The translations under genes and the position numbers were made by a program. The notes under the pieces were generated by a model that had not been told where the DNA came from, ran no database searches, and was given only the letters and a program-made list of their open reading frames with translations. Source: Balanoglossus misakiensis (taxonomy: Eukaryota; Animalia; Hemichordata). Taken from it: a stretch of DNA of 64,000 nucleotides. The stretch spans positions 6,324,001 through 6,388,000 of the forward strand of contig CM082590.2 of NCBI GenBank assembly GCA_040954595.2, read 5' to 3'. Below are positions 38,975 through 50,215 of the stretch, piece after piece (the first letter of the stretch is position 1; each line of letters starts with the position of its first letter).

Positions 38975-39711
38975 ATGTAGTGTGAGACGACAGCATAAGA
39001 ATACTGTACATATTGCAGTGACCCGGGTCATACAGACAGCTCAGCCAATCAGGCGATGATCAAAATCCTGACGCACTTGGTGACCCACGGTGGTGACCTT
39101 TACGATATTACCGTGTTTACTGTACCCACGCCACACACCCCCTCGGACGATACCATTATTTTGCGGGGGTCGTCGTATGCGTGAATGTTTAGGTGGATAA
39201 TTGCGCGTGTTAACACTTCAGTGCTATCATGATCAACGATAAATTAAGTATAATTGTAAAAAATGTGCTACCGAACATTTTATACCGATAAAGGTGTTCA
39301 AAGTACCGATCATTTTCACACTATGTCGGCCGATAAACGTAGTGCCTACCAAGGTGCCTACCAATCATTTCAAACTGTACTCTAACCCTAACCCTAAACA
39401 TTTATACGTTTGGATTTTTTTTTTCTAATATATTCTTAAAACTTTCATCAGTCAAAATTCGTTTCGACATGGCTTTTTATCGGCAAGCTCAAGCCAATGC
39501 AGTTGAATTCAACAAACCTAACGGCCTCCCCCCCCCCCCATGGGTAAGTAGAAGATCCTAACTCTCTTGTCTAATTTCACACCACGTAAGTGTCAAGAGG
39601 ATTGAATCACTGATGTGTGAATGTTTGGTTTCTTTTGTTCATATCAAGAGTTGAAGTGCTCTTGTAACAGTACTAAATCAGTCAGAGATCGTGTGTGTTT
39701 TGACATACATA

Positions 39712-39865
39712 TGAATAGGTAGCCCATCCCATAATCGTCAACTGAATAGGCCATTCCGTAATCGTCAACTGAATAGGTAGCCCATTCCATAATCGTCAAC
39801 TGAATAGGTAGCCCATTCCATAATCGTCAACTGAATAGGAAGCCCATTCCATAATCGCTCAACTG
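39712..39865. repeat. Tandem repeat, about 31-bp unit, 4-5 copies
   Basis: TGAATAGGTAGCCCATTCCATAATCGTCAAC. Confidence 0.9.
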
Positions 39866-40171
39866 TTTGCCATCAGGGATAACTCAATGTCACGATTTGT
39901 GTTGCATCATGGGACAAACCACACGCTATATAGGACAAACCACACGCTATATAGTATAACAAATACTTTTTCACGTGCAACAAACACTTGTTCACATGCA
40001 CATCCAGCATATTATAATAATAATAATAATAATCTTTATTTCAGGCTCGTAGCCCATAAAAACACAGCAAGAGAAGTAAAAAACAAGAACACACACATTA
40101 AAATCTGTAGAAAAAATAATAAAATACTACAACGTCGTGGCGAGAGGGGGCGGAGGGTCGGTCCTCATCCC

Positions 40172-42979
40172 CTAGTACAGAATGTTTCTATAGTGCTTCC
40201 AAAATCTTGAATGGAAATACAGGTCAGAGTGAGTGCAGGCATGTACAACAGCATTACTACTGTTCAAAAGTCTTGTGGCAAGAGAGTATAACAACTTGCG
40301 ATGCAACGAGCTAAAGTTCATAATATCCTTTGTGACAAAATTGTAACTTATGCTAATGTCTCGTTTCAGTTCAAAGATCAAACGCAGTGCATTGTGATAA
40401 GCAATTTTCAGATTTGACATGCATTTGGTGTTATAGTTACACCACACATTCATACAATACATACTGTACAGGAAACTCTTAAAGAGCGTACATTTCACAC
40501 GTTGTGAACAATGACTAAATCTACGTATGAGCATATTGGCTCTAGCGTAGACACAACGAAGTTGTCTTTGAATGTCCGCATTGTCATCACCAGAGGAAGA
40601 CACAATATAACCAAGGTACTTCTTAGTGTCCACAAAATTTAGACTTTTACCATAAAGATACACATTTGGGACTCTAACTGGGTTCCATGACTTTGGAAAA
40701 ATTGCCATACAATCGGTTTTTTTAGTATGGAAAATGATATCATGTTCGTTACCATAATATTCACAAATAGTTATCAACTTCCTAAGGGCTTTAGCTGAAG
40801 GGCAGACTAATACTAGATCATCAGCATAAAATAAATGATTTATAACAGTATTTACCAGACTACACCCAACACCCGACATCAGAAGCATTTTACTTAGGTC
40901 ATCAACATAAACAGCAAAAAGATTGGGTGAAAGAATGCTTCCCTGTCGTACCCCATTAGTAACATTAAATGGTACAGAAATGGCAGAGGCCCAGCGCACA
41001 AAAAAGAGTTGTTCGCTATACCAGTATTGTAGAATACGAATTATGTATAAAGGTATGTCCCTGTTCAACAATTTTTTAAACAGTGTCCAGTGATTAACCC
41101 TGTCAAATGCCTTTGTGGCATCCATGAAACACATAAAGACAGGTGTATTATGCCTTTTATAGAAGTCAATCACTTCCTTGAGAACAAAAATAGTCATATC
41201 TGTAGAGTGGCCACGTTTAAAACCAAATTGCAGATCACTAGTTACAATTAGAGACTCTATTCTTGACAAAATACACAATTCCAGCAATTTTGAAAGGGCC
41301 GTTACCAGTGCAATAGGTCTATAGTTGTCCACAGAAGTAAGATCCTTAGACTTGTCTTTAACAATTGGACAAATAATTGCATGCATAAATTTGTCTGGTA
41401 AATAACCATGAGTGAAAAAGCTAGTAAAGCAGAGACTCAAGATTACATAAAGCATGGAATCAGCATAAATTAAATGCTCTGAAGCAATGCCATCACTGTC
41501 ACATGATTTACCCTTTTCTAGCTTATTTATACAATTTTTAATCTCATCAGCTGTAACAATCATATCTTTATGAAAATCTATTCTATCTAGTAAAGACAAG
41601 ACAGACATTTTTTCACGACAAGTACTAACAGAGTTAAGAAGACTTTCGTAATGATTTTTCCACATACCAGCAATGTCATCGTGGCCACTACAGCCGCTCA
41701 CACTGGTGGGAAGAGTGGCACGCCCACCCATTGTATTATGAACTGAATTCCAAAATTTACGGACACCCCCTTGAGTCAAACTTTCTGCCATGGCATCCGC
41801 TCTTGCAATACTTTCTTCTCTCTTACAAGATCTGAGGACATACTTAAATTTGGCACGCGTTTTCCGCATAAGGTCAAACAACGGGCCAGACCTGGGCTTG
41901 CCATGCCCAATCCAAATCTTGAAGGCATCACGGGCCGCATTATGAAAATCCCGCAAATGCTCATTCCATCCGGGCACTATATTAAAATGACCATTTGGTT
42001 TCGCCTTAGGAATACATTTCGTTGAAGCTGACTTCAAACAAGTAACAATATTAGTGTAAAACTTATGCAAACTACAGATGTGGTCAGTGCTTTTGCAGTT
42101 AGGATCCCGACATGCCAAAACTTCAACTGGCATCTCCAAGTTACAAAGTGAATGCCTGGTATGTACCTTGTATGAGTGCAAATTATGCAAGGTTGCTTTA
42201 TCCCATCTAAAATTCTCATTGGGGTTGTTCAAATTGTACTGAAAAGGCTCAGAACGAACAAGGCCACATAATCTTAGCCCTACTGAAAGAGGGAAATGGT
42301 CTGATGAGACAAAGTCGTGAAGAATATGAATATCAGTAATGGCACTATGAACTGCATGTGTACTCAAAATGTGATCTAACCAGCATGTACTCCCATGGGC
42401 TTCGCTGATGTACGTGAAGTTCTCACCGCTGCGGCCTAACTTTTCTACATCTGAAATGTGCAAATTGTTTTCATGACAAAATATACCCAGCTCGTTTCCG
42501 AACAATGTGCCCAGGTTCGAATTGAAGTCACCCATAATAATAACATTCCCACTGTCAGCTTCATCAATAACGTTGCTTATTTTAGCAAGGTAGGCCATAA
42601 ATGTGTCGTAGTTCTCACTAGAGCAAACAGGTAGGTAAACACAAATAATAAACAATTTCACAGAAGACGTAATGATTTCAAAACCCAGAAGTCTAGTATC
42701 ATCTAAGTACTTAATAGTTACACTGTGACCCAGTGACTTCCGCCACATGATGGCAACACCACCGAACGGACGTCCAATCCGAAAGCCGACATTGTCATCA
42801 ATGGCCGAAATACCACAAGCGTTGAATTCCTGATGGATATTAGACAACAGCGAGAGTTCAGCTTTGCTCAGCCAATGTTCTTGAATGAGGACGACGTCAT
42901 GAGAGTCACAAAGTGTTTTGATCGAATCTATGGATGATTTAATCCCACGGCAATTGTATGAACATAAGCGTAAAGTCAT
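40172..42979 (-). CDS. LINE ORF2: APE endonuclease plus reverse transcriptase, 935 aa, intact
   Basis: SYNCRG, LIQEHWL, MGDFN, LDHIL, SDHFPL; NYRPIAL, QFGFK, DATKAFDRV, GVRQGSILSP, YADD, KYLG. Confidence 0.97.
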   Translation of the reverse strand: MTLRLCSYNCRGIKSSIDSIKTLCDSHDVVLIQEHWLSKAELSLLSNIHQEFNACGISAIDDNVGFRIGRPFGGVAIMWRKSLGHSVTIKYLDDTRLLGFEIITSSVKLFIICVYLPVCSSENYDTFMAYLAKISNVIDEADSGNVIIMGDFNSNLGTLFGNELGIFCHENNLHISDVEKLGRSGENFTYISEAHGSTCWLDHILSTHAVHSAITDIHILHDFVSSDHFPLSVGLRLCGLVRSEPFQYNLNNPNENFRWDKATLHNLHSYKVHTRHSLCNLEMPVEVLACRDPNCKSTDHICSLHKFYTNIVTCLKSASTKCIPKAKPNGHFNIVPGWNEHLRDFHNAARDAFKIWIGHGKPRSGPLFDLMRKTRAKFKYVLRSCKREESIARADAMAESLTQGGVRKFWNSVHNTMGGRATLPTSVSGCSGHDDIAGMWKNHYESLLNSVSTCREKMSVLSLLDRIDFHKDMIVTADEIKNCINKLEKGKSCDSDGIASEHLIYADSMLYVILSLCFTSFFTHGYLPDKFMHAIICPIVKDKSKDLTSVDNYRPIALVTALSKLLELCILSRIESLIVTSDLQFGFKRGHSTDMTIFVLKEVIDFYKRHNTPVFMCFMDATKAFDRVNHWTLFKKLLNRDIPLYIIRILQYWYSEQLFFVRWASAISVPFNVTNGVRQGSILSPNLFAVYVDDLSKMLLMSGVGCSLVNTVINHLFYADDLVLVCPSAKALRKLITICEYYGNEHDIIFHTKKTDCMAIFPKSWNPVRVPNVYLYGKSLNFVDTKKYLGYIVSSSGDDNADIQRQLRCVYARANMLIRRFSHCSQRVKCTLFKSFLYSMYCMNVWCNYNTKCMSNLKIAYHNALRLIFELKRDISISYNFVTKDIMNFSSLHRKLLYSLATRLLNSSNAVVHACTHSDLYFHSRFWKHYRNILY

Positions 42980-42987
42980 AAAAAATA

Positions 42988-44184
42988 TTAATAAAATTTG
43001 CGGATAAGAATGCCCTCTGGCCAGAGTGACGGGTCGCGAACACTGTCAGCCAGGTCCCGTGTCGTTTCGATGACGAAGGATTTGTACGAGTCATATTTAG
43101 AGACTAGCTGCTCACATTTTACTGATATCTGAAGACGGCATTTGACATAATGCTCGATGTCAACTGGGGTGGTAGACGGAGCAAACCTTGTAATAAAAAA
43201 CTTGAAGGGTGGGTTTGGGCGAACTGCTCTAATGGAGCACTCCTCACTTCGTTTCGCTGTCCCAATAGCGTGTTGAGGTCGTCTTTTATGCTTACGGGTT
43301 ACAACGGTAAAACCGATCTCATCCTCCTTGTCAGGTGTGTTAGATTTTTTCATGGCTGATATACGGCGAGTGCGCGACACATCTACACCTTTTTTAGCAT
43401 TTCCACCATCTGAAGTGCACGTTGACTGAAGAGCGCCTGCATAGGAATTTGTAATGGCCGCCGGGTGCTGCTCATTGTTTGTAGAACACTGCTGAAATAC
43501 GGGGGGTGACGAGACACCTAGCGCGTTACAGCCCACCTGCTGAGTTGAGTCCTGTTTATGGCCTTAATCGATGCTGGTTTTCATTTCCCGGATTTCTTGC
43601 CGCAAAATATGTACCTCAGTGGCCAAATTTTTCATTTCAGGTAGAGCTTTGCCGTCTCTCAATTCCGACATCTCCCGTCTCATGGACTTCAGCTCCGCCA
43701 GCAAAGTTGTAATGTCCACGTGGTTCACGTCTATTGCAGGTAGCTTGGATATGTCCTTTGCGACGAAGCAAGGCATATCTTCGTCGTCGAGTTCATGTAG
43801 TAGTTTAACCGTATCCATTACATTATTATGTCGCTTATTGGGTCCTTGACGCTTTACAAATCTCCCGCCGTCACTATGGCAGAGTTCGAACAAAGTCTTT
43901 TTGGCAGACTCTACCTCTTCATCACCGAAATGGTCGCAACATATTTTGACCAACATGTCCGTCGTCAATAAGTCAATTTTGTTCACCAAAAAGCATAAAA
44001 GCTCGTTAATTACCACTCCGTTTGAGGTAGTTCTCCCTTTCCCTCCGTCAGACTTCGTATCGCTGCCACCACCCATGGTGTTTCCGAAGCGTTTCTTATT
44101 ACAGCCAGAACAAAGGCACATGTCACCTTGGCAAAGCCTTACTCTCGAAGAGAGCTCACCGCAGTCCTCGCATCGTTGAGTCAT
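42988..44184 (-). pseudogene. LINE ORF1 (about 398 codons) interrupted by one in-frame TAA at 43566-43564
   Basis: Track ORFs 43564-44343 and 42988-43536 are the same frame separated by a single stop. Cys-rich N-terminus after ATG 44184, NELLCF motif, coiled coil, C-terminal YKSF...WPEGILIRKF. Confidence 0.85.
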
Positions 44185-46029
44185 ACTGAGGGCCACCAGC
44201 TGTGGTCTCAGATTCTTCCCCAAGATCGTTACGTAACAGCACCGGAACAGACTAAACGTGCGGGTCCAACGGGCAAGCCCGCAAAAGAAAGAAATGTAGT
44301 TTTTGCACGCTAGAAACCAAATTAGCGCTCCAGAGGTCCACAATCAGAGTCTCTATATGTTCTTTCACCACGGGGACTGGTAAAATTACCCCACAAAGCA
44401 GGATGGGGTCAAGTTTTGAACCAGATTGGCAGAGCGACTTCGTCATGTAACCCTATCTGCAAAACCAAGATGGCGTTATAATTAAGCTCCGCCCACAATC
44501 TCTCACCTGGACTAAATTAACATACACCCAGTACTTCGCCCTGGGCCTACCATACGCATACAGTCGATTGAGGTTGAGGGAACTTAGTCCACTTGGTCCG
44601 GATATTCTCCAAGAATCACAGACAGTTCAACCGAGTGGATCATTTTGCCACTAGATAGGACAAAGTAAAATCATTCTGCAACTCTTTCACCACTGAAGCT
44701 ATCGATTTGTGGCGCCTGTTTGAAATGGGATGCATTTGCTGCAAACTGGAGAGAGGACGGACACTTGATCATACAGAGTGGAAGAAAGTAGATCAGAATC
44801 TCTCAAGGAGTGGGAAAAGTCACTTCTTTGGTCTTGGGGTGCCGGTGCAGTGTCCTCACAGTGTATTCGAAGAAGAAGCGAAGCATACAGTCTGGAAGGT
44901 AATCATAATATCATCCTGGGGTATAAAAAAAATAATGCCTGTTAAATATATCAAGTTATTCCTCTTTTAACTTGAAGCTAGTTGAAATCATTTCCCAGCA
45001 ACTGTTTGCCATCAGGGACAACTATGCAGACATTTTGTGTTCGGTTTTGTGAAATCCTCTAATTTTGCGTGACATACAACGTGAACAGCATTTGCAATTT
45101 CACGCATTTCACGTCCCCGTCACATAGCCGTGTGTCACATGTGTCCGGACGATATCATTTACACTTACGATACCATACAAACAGTCAAGCGCACCACCCC
45201 TCGGCCTCCCCCACGAAGTATTATGGTATCGCCCGGGGTGTGCAGCACGCGCCGTACGATACGCCAGATCTTGTGTCTTGTGTCATATACTCTACCTTCT
45301 CGCTTTATTACAGGCACATGTCGGGGCCTCCCAAATGTTTAACCTTCAACCACATCTTCCAGTACTAGAAGTGCGAACCCCTCAGGTAAGCTGTGTGTCT
45401 CACAAATCTGTGTACATGTGCTTGAAATGTCATTTGGATTATTTATGATGTTGTCCAGCCAATACGAGTATACACTATTTCCTATTCTCAGGTCATTTCA
45501 GACGACCACGGCGGAGATACTATACAGGATTATTGGAAATCTCGACTTGACAATTGAGGAATCTATGCGATTTTATATCAGCGGATGACGACCGGCCGTG
45601 ATGGGATGTTGCCTGACCATCAATCTCCATAAATTGGAATGTGGGCAGAGGCCTTTTTTAGTAATATAAACAGTAGTCGCAGCAGACAATCAAAGACTTT
45701 TTAATGGAACAGTCAGTGGTCGAATAAATCCAGAACGCACGGATTTGAAAGTCGCGCGGCTTAGAAGGAAGTGCAGTGTCACTATCAAATTGTTTTTAAT
45801 TGTTTAAAATGTGTTCTTTTGTTTATTGCGGAAATAATATGTTGTCTCTACATACGTGCATTTGGAAACTCCTTGTCAAATGTTAATTTTTTGTTTATAG
45901 TTTTAGAATAAAATGTGTGTCAATGTAGTTAGACATTTCCAATCACTGAGGGTAAATTAATGTATTTTTTTAATTGTGGTGGGATTCTCCCGTGTATGTA
46001 TAATGAAAATCCGTAATAAAATATAGGGG

Positions 46030-46796
46030 TCACCGCGCTTGTTTTTGAAATACAGAGCAATGAATTTGGTCCATAATTCCGTATCTGTATCCTCCTCCCG
46101 GGGTACGCGCGCCGGGACTACAAGGCGGTGTTGGTGTCTGGCTTAAACATGGAGAGTATATAACATATGGGAGTTTTGGAGAAGGGAGACAGCCCGAGGT
46201 GCGGAGTTGGCAGTCCGCTCGGCGGGCCACGGTGCGTGCGGGCCGGGGAATCCCTCCCAAAGTTACCGCTGGCGAACGAGCCCCCGTGTGCGTTACGTAC
46301 ACGTGCGTGCGTGCGTTCTATCAGACGGGTCTTTGGACTTCTCTGCGTGTCTCTTGCCACCGGGCGCCGAATTTAGCTCTGGTGGCAGACTTTCAGGGCG
46401 ATTGGAGGTCGGTTCGACGGTTTGCCTTGTTGACGACGGGGGAGTTCGCGTGCTCTCTTCCGGGGCAGGCAACCAGCCCGACGACGGCGACCGCATCCAG
46501 ATCCCCGGGTGCTCCGACGTGTACGCAGCCTGCCACTCGGCTCAGCTCTCTGCCCCCACCGGGCGGCTCCGGTCTCTGGCGCCGCTGCAGGGGAGAATCT
46601 GCCGTGGACCTTGTAACGCTACGATTTGTCGGAAGGAAGGGGACGCCCCTCGACGGTAGCCTGGTGTGATTGAGATAGACTCACAACTATCTAAAACACA
46701 CAGTGCGTATGGAGACCAGGTAGCCCTGCGTACAGGTCTGTGCTACTCGGCGGCGACCCCCGCTGTTCAACGCACCCGCCCGTGCGTCGACTCGGT
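46030..46796 (+). other. Probable rDNA 5' external transcribed spacer / spacer fragment
   Basis: Abrupt GC-rich block directly abutting the 18S 5' end; left boundary approximate. Confidence 0.65.
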
Positions 46797-47068
46797 TACC
46801 TGGTTGATGCTGCCAGTAGTCATATGCTTGTCTCAAAGATTAAGCCATGCATGTCTAAGTACGAGCCTCCGCACAAAGCGAATCTGCGAATGGCTCATTA
46901 AATCAGTTATGGTTCCTTTGATCGTTGCCCGTTACTTGGATAACTGTGGTAATTCTAGAGCTAATACATGCGACTGAGCGCCGCGACTGAGCGGGAGGCG
47001 TGCTTCGGGTCTTCGTGGCCCGGTCCCACTCGGCGAACTCTGGATAACTTGGCGGATCGCACGGCCTC
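46797..47068 (+). pseudogene. 18S rRNA 5' fragment (about 270 nt, truncated)
   Basis: TACCTGGTTGATgCTGCCAGTAGTCATATGCTTGTCTCAAAGATTAAGCCATGCATGTCTAAG...GGATAACTGTGGTAATTCTAGAGCTAATACATGC; homology ends after GGATCGCACGGCCTC. Confidence 0.95.
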
Positions 47069-47736
47069 CACATCACATCCGTGCGTTCTGGATTTATTCG
47101 ACCACTGACTGTTGCCATGTTAACCAAGGCATATAAAGCAATTCCAAATTCAACTGCACAGACTACGTGAGAAGCATCTTGTGACTCGACATACTTTTGA
47201 TTGTTGCTTAAAATAGCAACAGGGAAATCCCCACAATCAAATTGCCTTGCCGAGTTAGTGATTGGATGAGAGCGTAGGCGTGGCCTCAGCATGAGCCTAT
47301 CACAAACCTTCATTTTTGATAGACGGCCAGCGTTCTGAGGTCCGAGGTATTTTCCGGAATCGAATTGCTAGATTTGCAAGGACAGGTAAGATTTTTGGCA
47401 GATGTATACATGTACACGGCTTACGTCCGCGATGTGCGCATAGTGTTTTTAATATCATAGAAATATTACCCCGTAGATCTTGCAAACCTAACTGTAAAAT
47501 CGGCGGTAACGCACAGTGGGTTCAAATGACGCTATCGACACAGAAACACAAAGATTTAAGAAGCTTATCACACTTCAGAAGAAAGGGATTTAATCTGCTT
47601 AAATCCGTCCTCGCTCCTTCTCTTTAGTACATCCTTGGTGATAATGAAATGAACATTCTGTGGACGCGTCGTACGCAGTATGATGAAGTTCCATTCTTAT
47701 CGACAGGCACATGCTCAGCGACTGCTAGCTATACAT

Positions 47737-48659
47737 AGGGGACCGTTCAGTTTTTACGGCAGGGAGGGGGGAGGGGGCTGGCAAGTTTGTGTCATCGGTT
47801 TTCAAAATCAGGCCGACCCCCCCCTTCACCCAGCCCAAAAAAATGATGACCCCCCCCCTTTGACAGACCCAAAAATATGATGACCCCCCCCACGCCGAAA
47901 ACATTCGCCGTCCTGATCCTATGTATACACTGTATGCAATAAGGGGAATGGGGCTCCTCACCCCTCAATTATAAATTTCTTAAAGTAATTGAATTATTTA
48001 ATAATATCGTTGCAATAAAGAAATCTATGAACAAAATAAAATGACAAGTCAATACAATAGTTGCTAGAATTGGTAAAACAAGAAAAGTGGCGGGGGTGGG
48101 AGGGGGACACCCCCTCCCACATAAGAAAATTTTGTAAAATATGTAGCTCAAAGTTGCATTTTTATGAACTCAAAAGCAAATTCATCTCAATGTTTGGGAG
48201 GACCAATTTTATTTTTTGCCATTCCACTCAAAGTTAGAAGATTTGGCGTCATCTTCGTCGTGACATCATTTATAAAACTTCCAGCATATAGAAGATGCAG
48301 CACGAAACTATCAGTTATGCAAAATGGTTTAAACGTTTAACTCCTTTATGTATTAACTTTGTTAAATATTATCATCAGTGGGTTTGGGGTGGCAAGCACT
48401 CTGCCCTGGTAGAATAGTCAAACCAGCAAAAATTGATATGTTGCAAAGAATGTAGGGGGTGGAAGAATAAAGGGCGCGAAACTGCAATTTTGTGGACTCA
48501 AAAGCAAAAGTTTGGTGGCAAAAGTATGTGACCCCCCCTAAACGTTTAAAAAAAACAGATGACCCCCCCCCCCTTTTGGACTTCAAAATTCAAGTGACCC
48601 CCCCCCCTGGATTTTGCCGCCCCCCCCCCCCCCCGGCCGTAAAAACTGAACGGTCCCTA
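47737..48659. mobile_element. Non-autonomous TIR element of about 920 bp (PIF/Harbinger-like, tentative)
   Basis: GGGACCGTTCAGTTTTTACGGC ... GCCGTAAAAACTGAACGGTCCC. Confidence 0.75.
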
Positions 48660-49891
48660 GAGTATAGTAGTTTAACTGCGTAATCCGTTTGACCAGGTGG
48701 GCTAATCGCAATACTTCTCTGAAAGTCTTGGAACTTGAGCTATGGTTAGTTTTTAGCAGTCGACTGTTCAGCGACGAAGTGCGATCACTAGTGCGCAACC
48801 GACGGCGGTACCATTAAAACAAATGATACCATACAAACATTCACGCTTCTCGCTTTATTTATTACAGGCACATGTCGGGGACTCCCAAATGTTTAACCTT
48901 CAACCACATCTACCAGTACTAGGAGTGCGAATTCCTCAGGTAAGCTGTGTGTCTAACAAATCTGTGTACATGCACTTGAAATGTCATTTGGATTATTTAT
49001 GATATTGTCCAGCCAATACGAGTGTGAGAAAACATGCGGATTTCGATGACAGTGATAACCTTTGCCGTCTTGTTTTAGACTATGTTTGTTCAGAATAGGT
49101 AGTTTTATGTAGGAACATTACTGACTTTTCCGAACTTGATTTATTCTGTGAACGAGAGCAGCGGTGAGTTCCATCAGTGTCCTTGGGAATGAGCGGCGGC
49201 CATATCATGAGAAAATATTCCCCACAACGAGTATACGTATTTCCTGTTCTCTTTCTCAGGTCGTTTCAGCCGACCAAGGCGGAGATACTATACAGGATTA
49301 TTGGAAATCTCGACTTGACAGTGGAGGAATCGATGCGATTTTATATCAGCGGATGACGACCGGTCGTGATGGGATGTTGCCTGACCATCCATCTCGATAA
49401 ATTGGAATACGAGCAGAGGCTTTTTTAAATCAATTTAAACAGATACAGTCGCAGCAGACAATCAAAGACTTTTTAATGGAACAAATCCAGAACGTCCGGC
49501 TTTGAAAGTCGCGCTGCTTAGAAGGACGCGTACAGTGTGAAATTTCCTCATAAAGGTCACCTATGGAAAATTAGCTACAGTTACCATGGTAAATTGAGAT
49601 CTAGCCGATCACAGATTTTCTTTGGAACACTCATATATGCTGTTTTAGCCATTTATGGACATATGTATATTAGAGGTGACTATACCTTTAACCTATCACA
49701 TTATTTATCAGAGTATAATATTAAAGTATATTCATTTGTTTACTGCGGAAATAATATGTAGTCAGTACATACGTAAATTTGGAAACTCCTTGTCAAATGT
49801 TAAAAAATATTTTTTTTTATATTTTATAGTTTTTAGAATAAAATGTATGTCAATGTAGTTAGACATTTCCAGTCACTGAGTGGGGTATGTG

Positions 49892-50215
49892 TAGACTAGC
49901 CCTAGTCGCTTGGTGATGATTTTTGGAATCTCAATACTTTGTTTGTGTTTGCGGTGATTTTTTTGTCTTTATAAATAATGTCAATACTTTTTGTGTGCAT
50001 GCTTGCCTTGAGCGTGTTTCTGGTAGTGAGGCGAGTTTCGAATTTGTGACTGAGCTCATGGTTTCGGGTACTGTTGATGGGCCTACGCATTTCCTAGACA
50101 AGCGCTCACACTCGTTGTCTTTTACTCCACACACGTTACATAGGAAGACTCGGAACAATTTTTAAAAAATTATATATTATGAAATAACGAAGACCTTAGA
50201 CTTGGTGCCAGTCTA
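49892..50215. mobile_element. TAG..CTA element with 9-bp TSD (AcademH-like)
   Basis: TSD GGGTATGTG at 49883-49891 and 50216-50224; termini TAGACT / AGTCTA. Confidence 0.75.

Larger units (their letters stand above)
40012..44290 (-). mobile_element. Near-full-length non-LTR retrotransposon, CR1/L2 group
   Basis: ORF1 plus APE-RT ORF2, short 3'UTR ending GAAATAAAG(ATT)n at about 40012-40042 on the minus strand. 5' boundary approximate; no TSD seen. Confidence 0.9.

Noticed and set aside
39382-39398. Telomere-like CTAACCCTAACCCTAA
   Set aside because: Only about two units; too short to call an interstitial telomere.
44185-44343. N-terminal extension of LINE ORF1 in the track
   Set aside because: Starts at a non-ATG codon; the first ATG at 44184 precedes the Cys cluster, so the extension is likely 5'UTR or flank.
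46030-46977. Overlapping ORFs in the GC-rich block
   Set aside because: Explained by rDNA spacer and 18S sequence.
46797-47068. Functional 18S rRNA gene
   Set aside because: Truncated to about 270 nt, mutated at a conserved position, no ITS/5.8S/28S.
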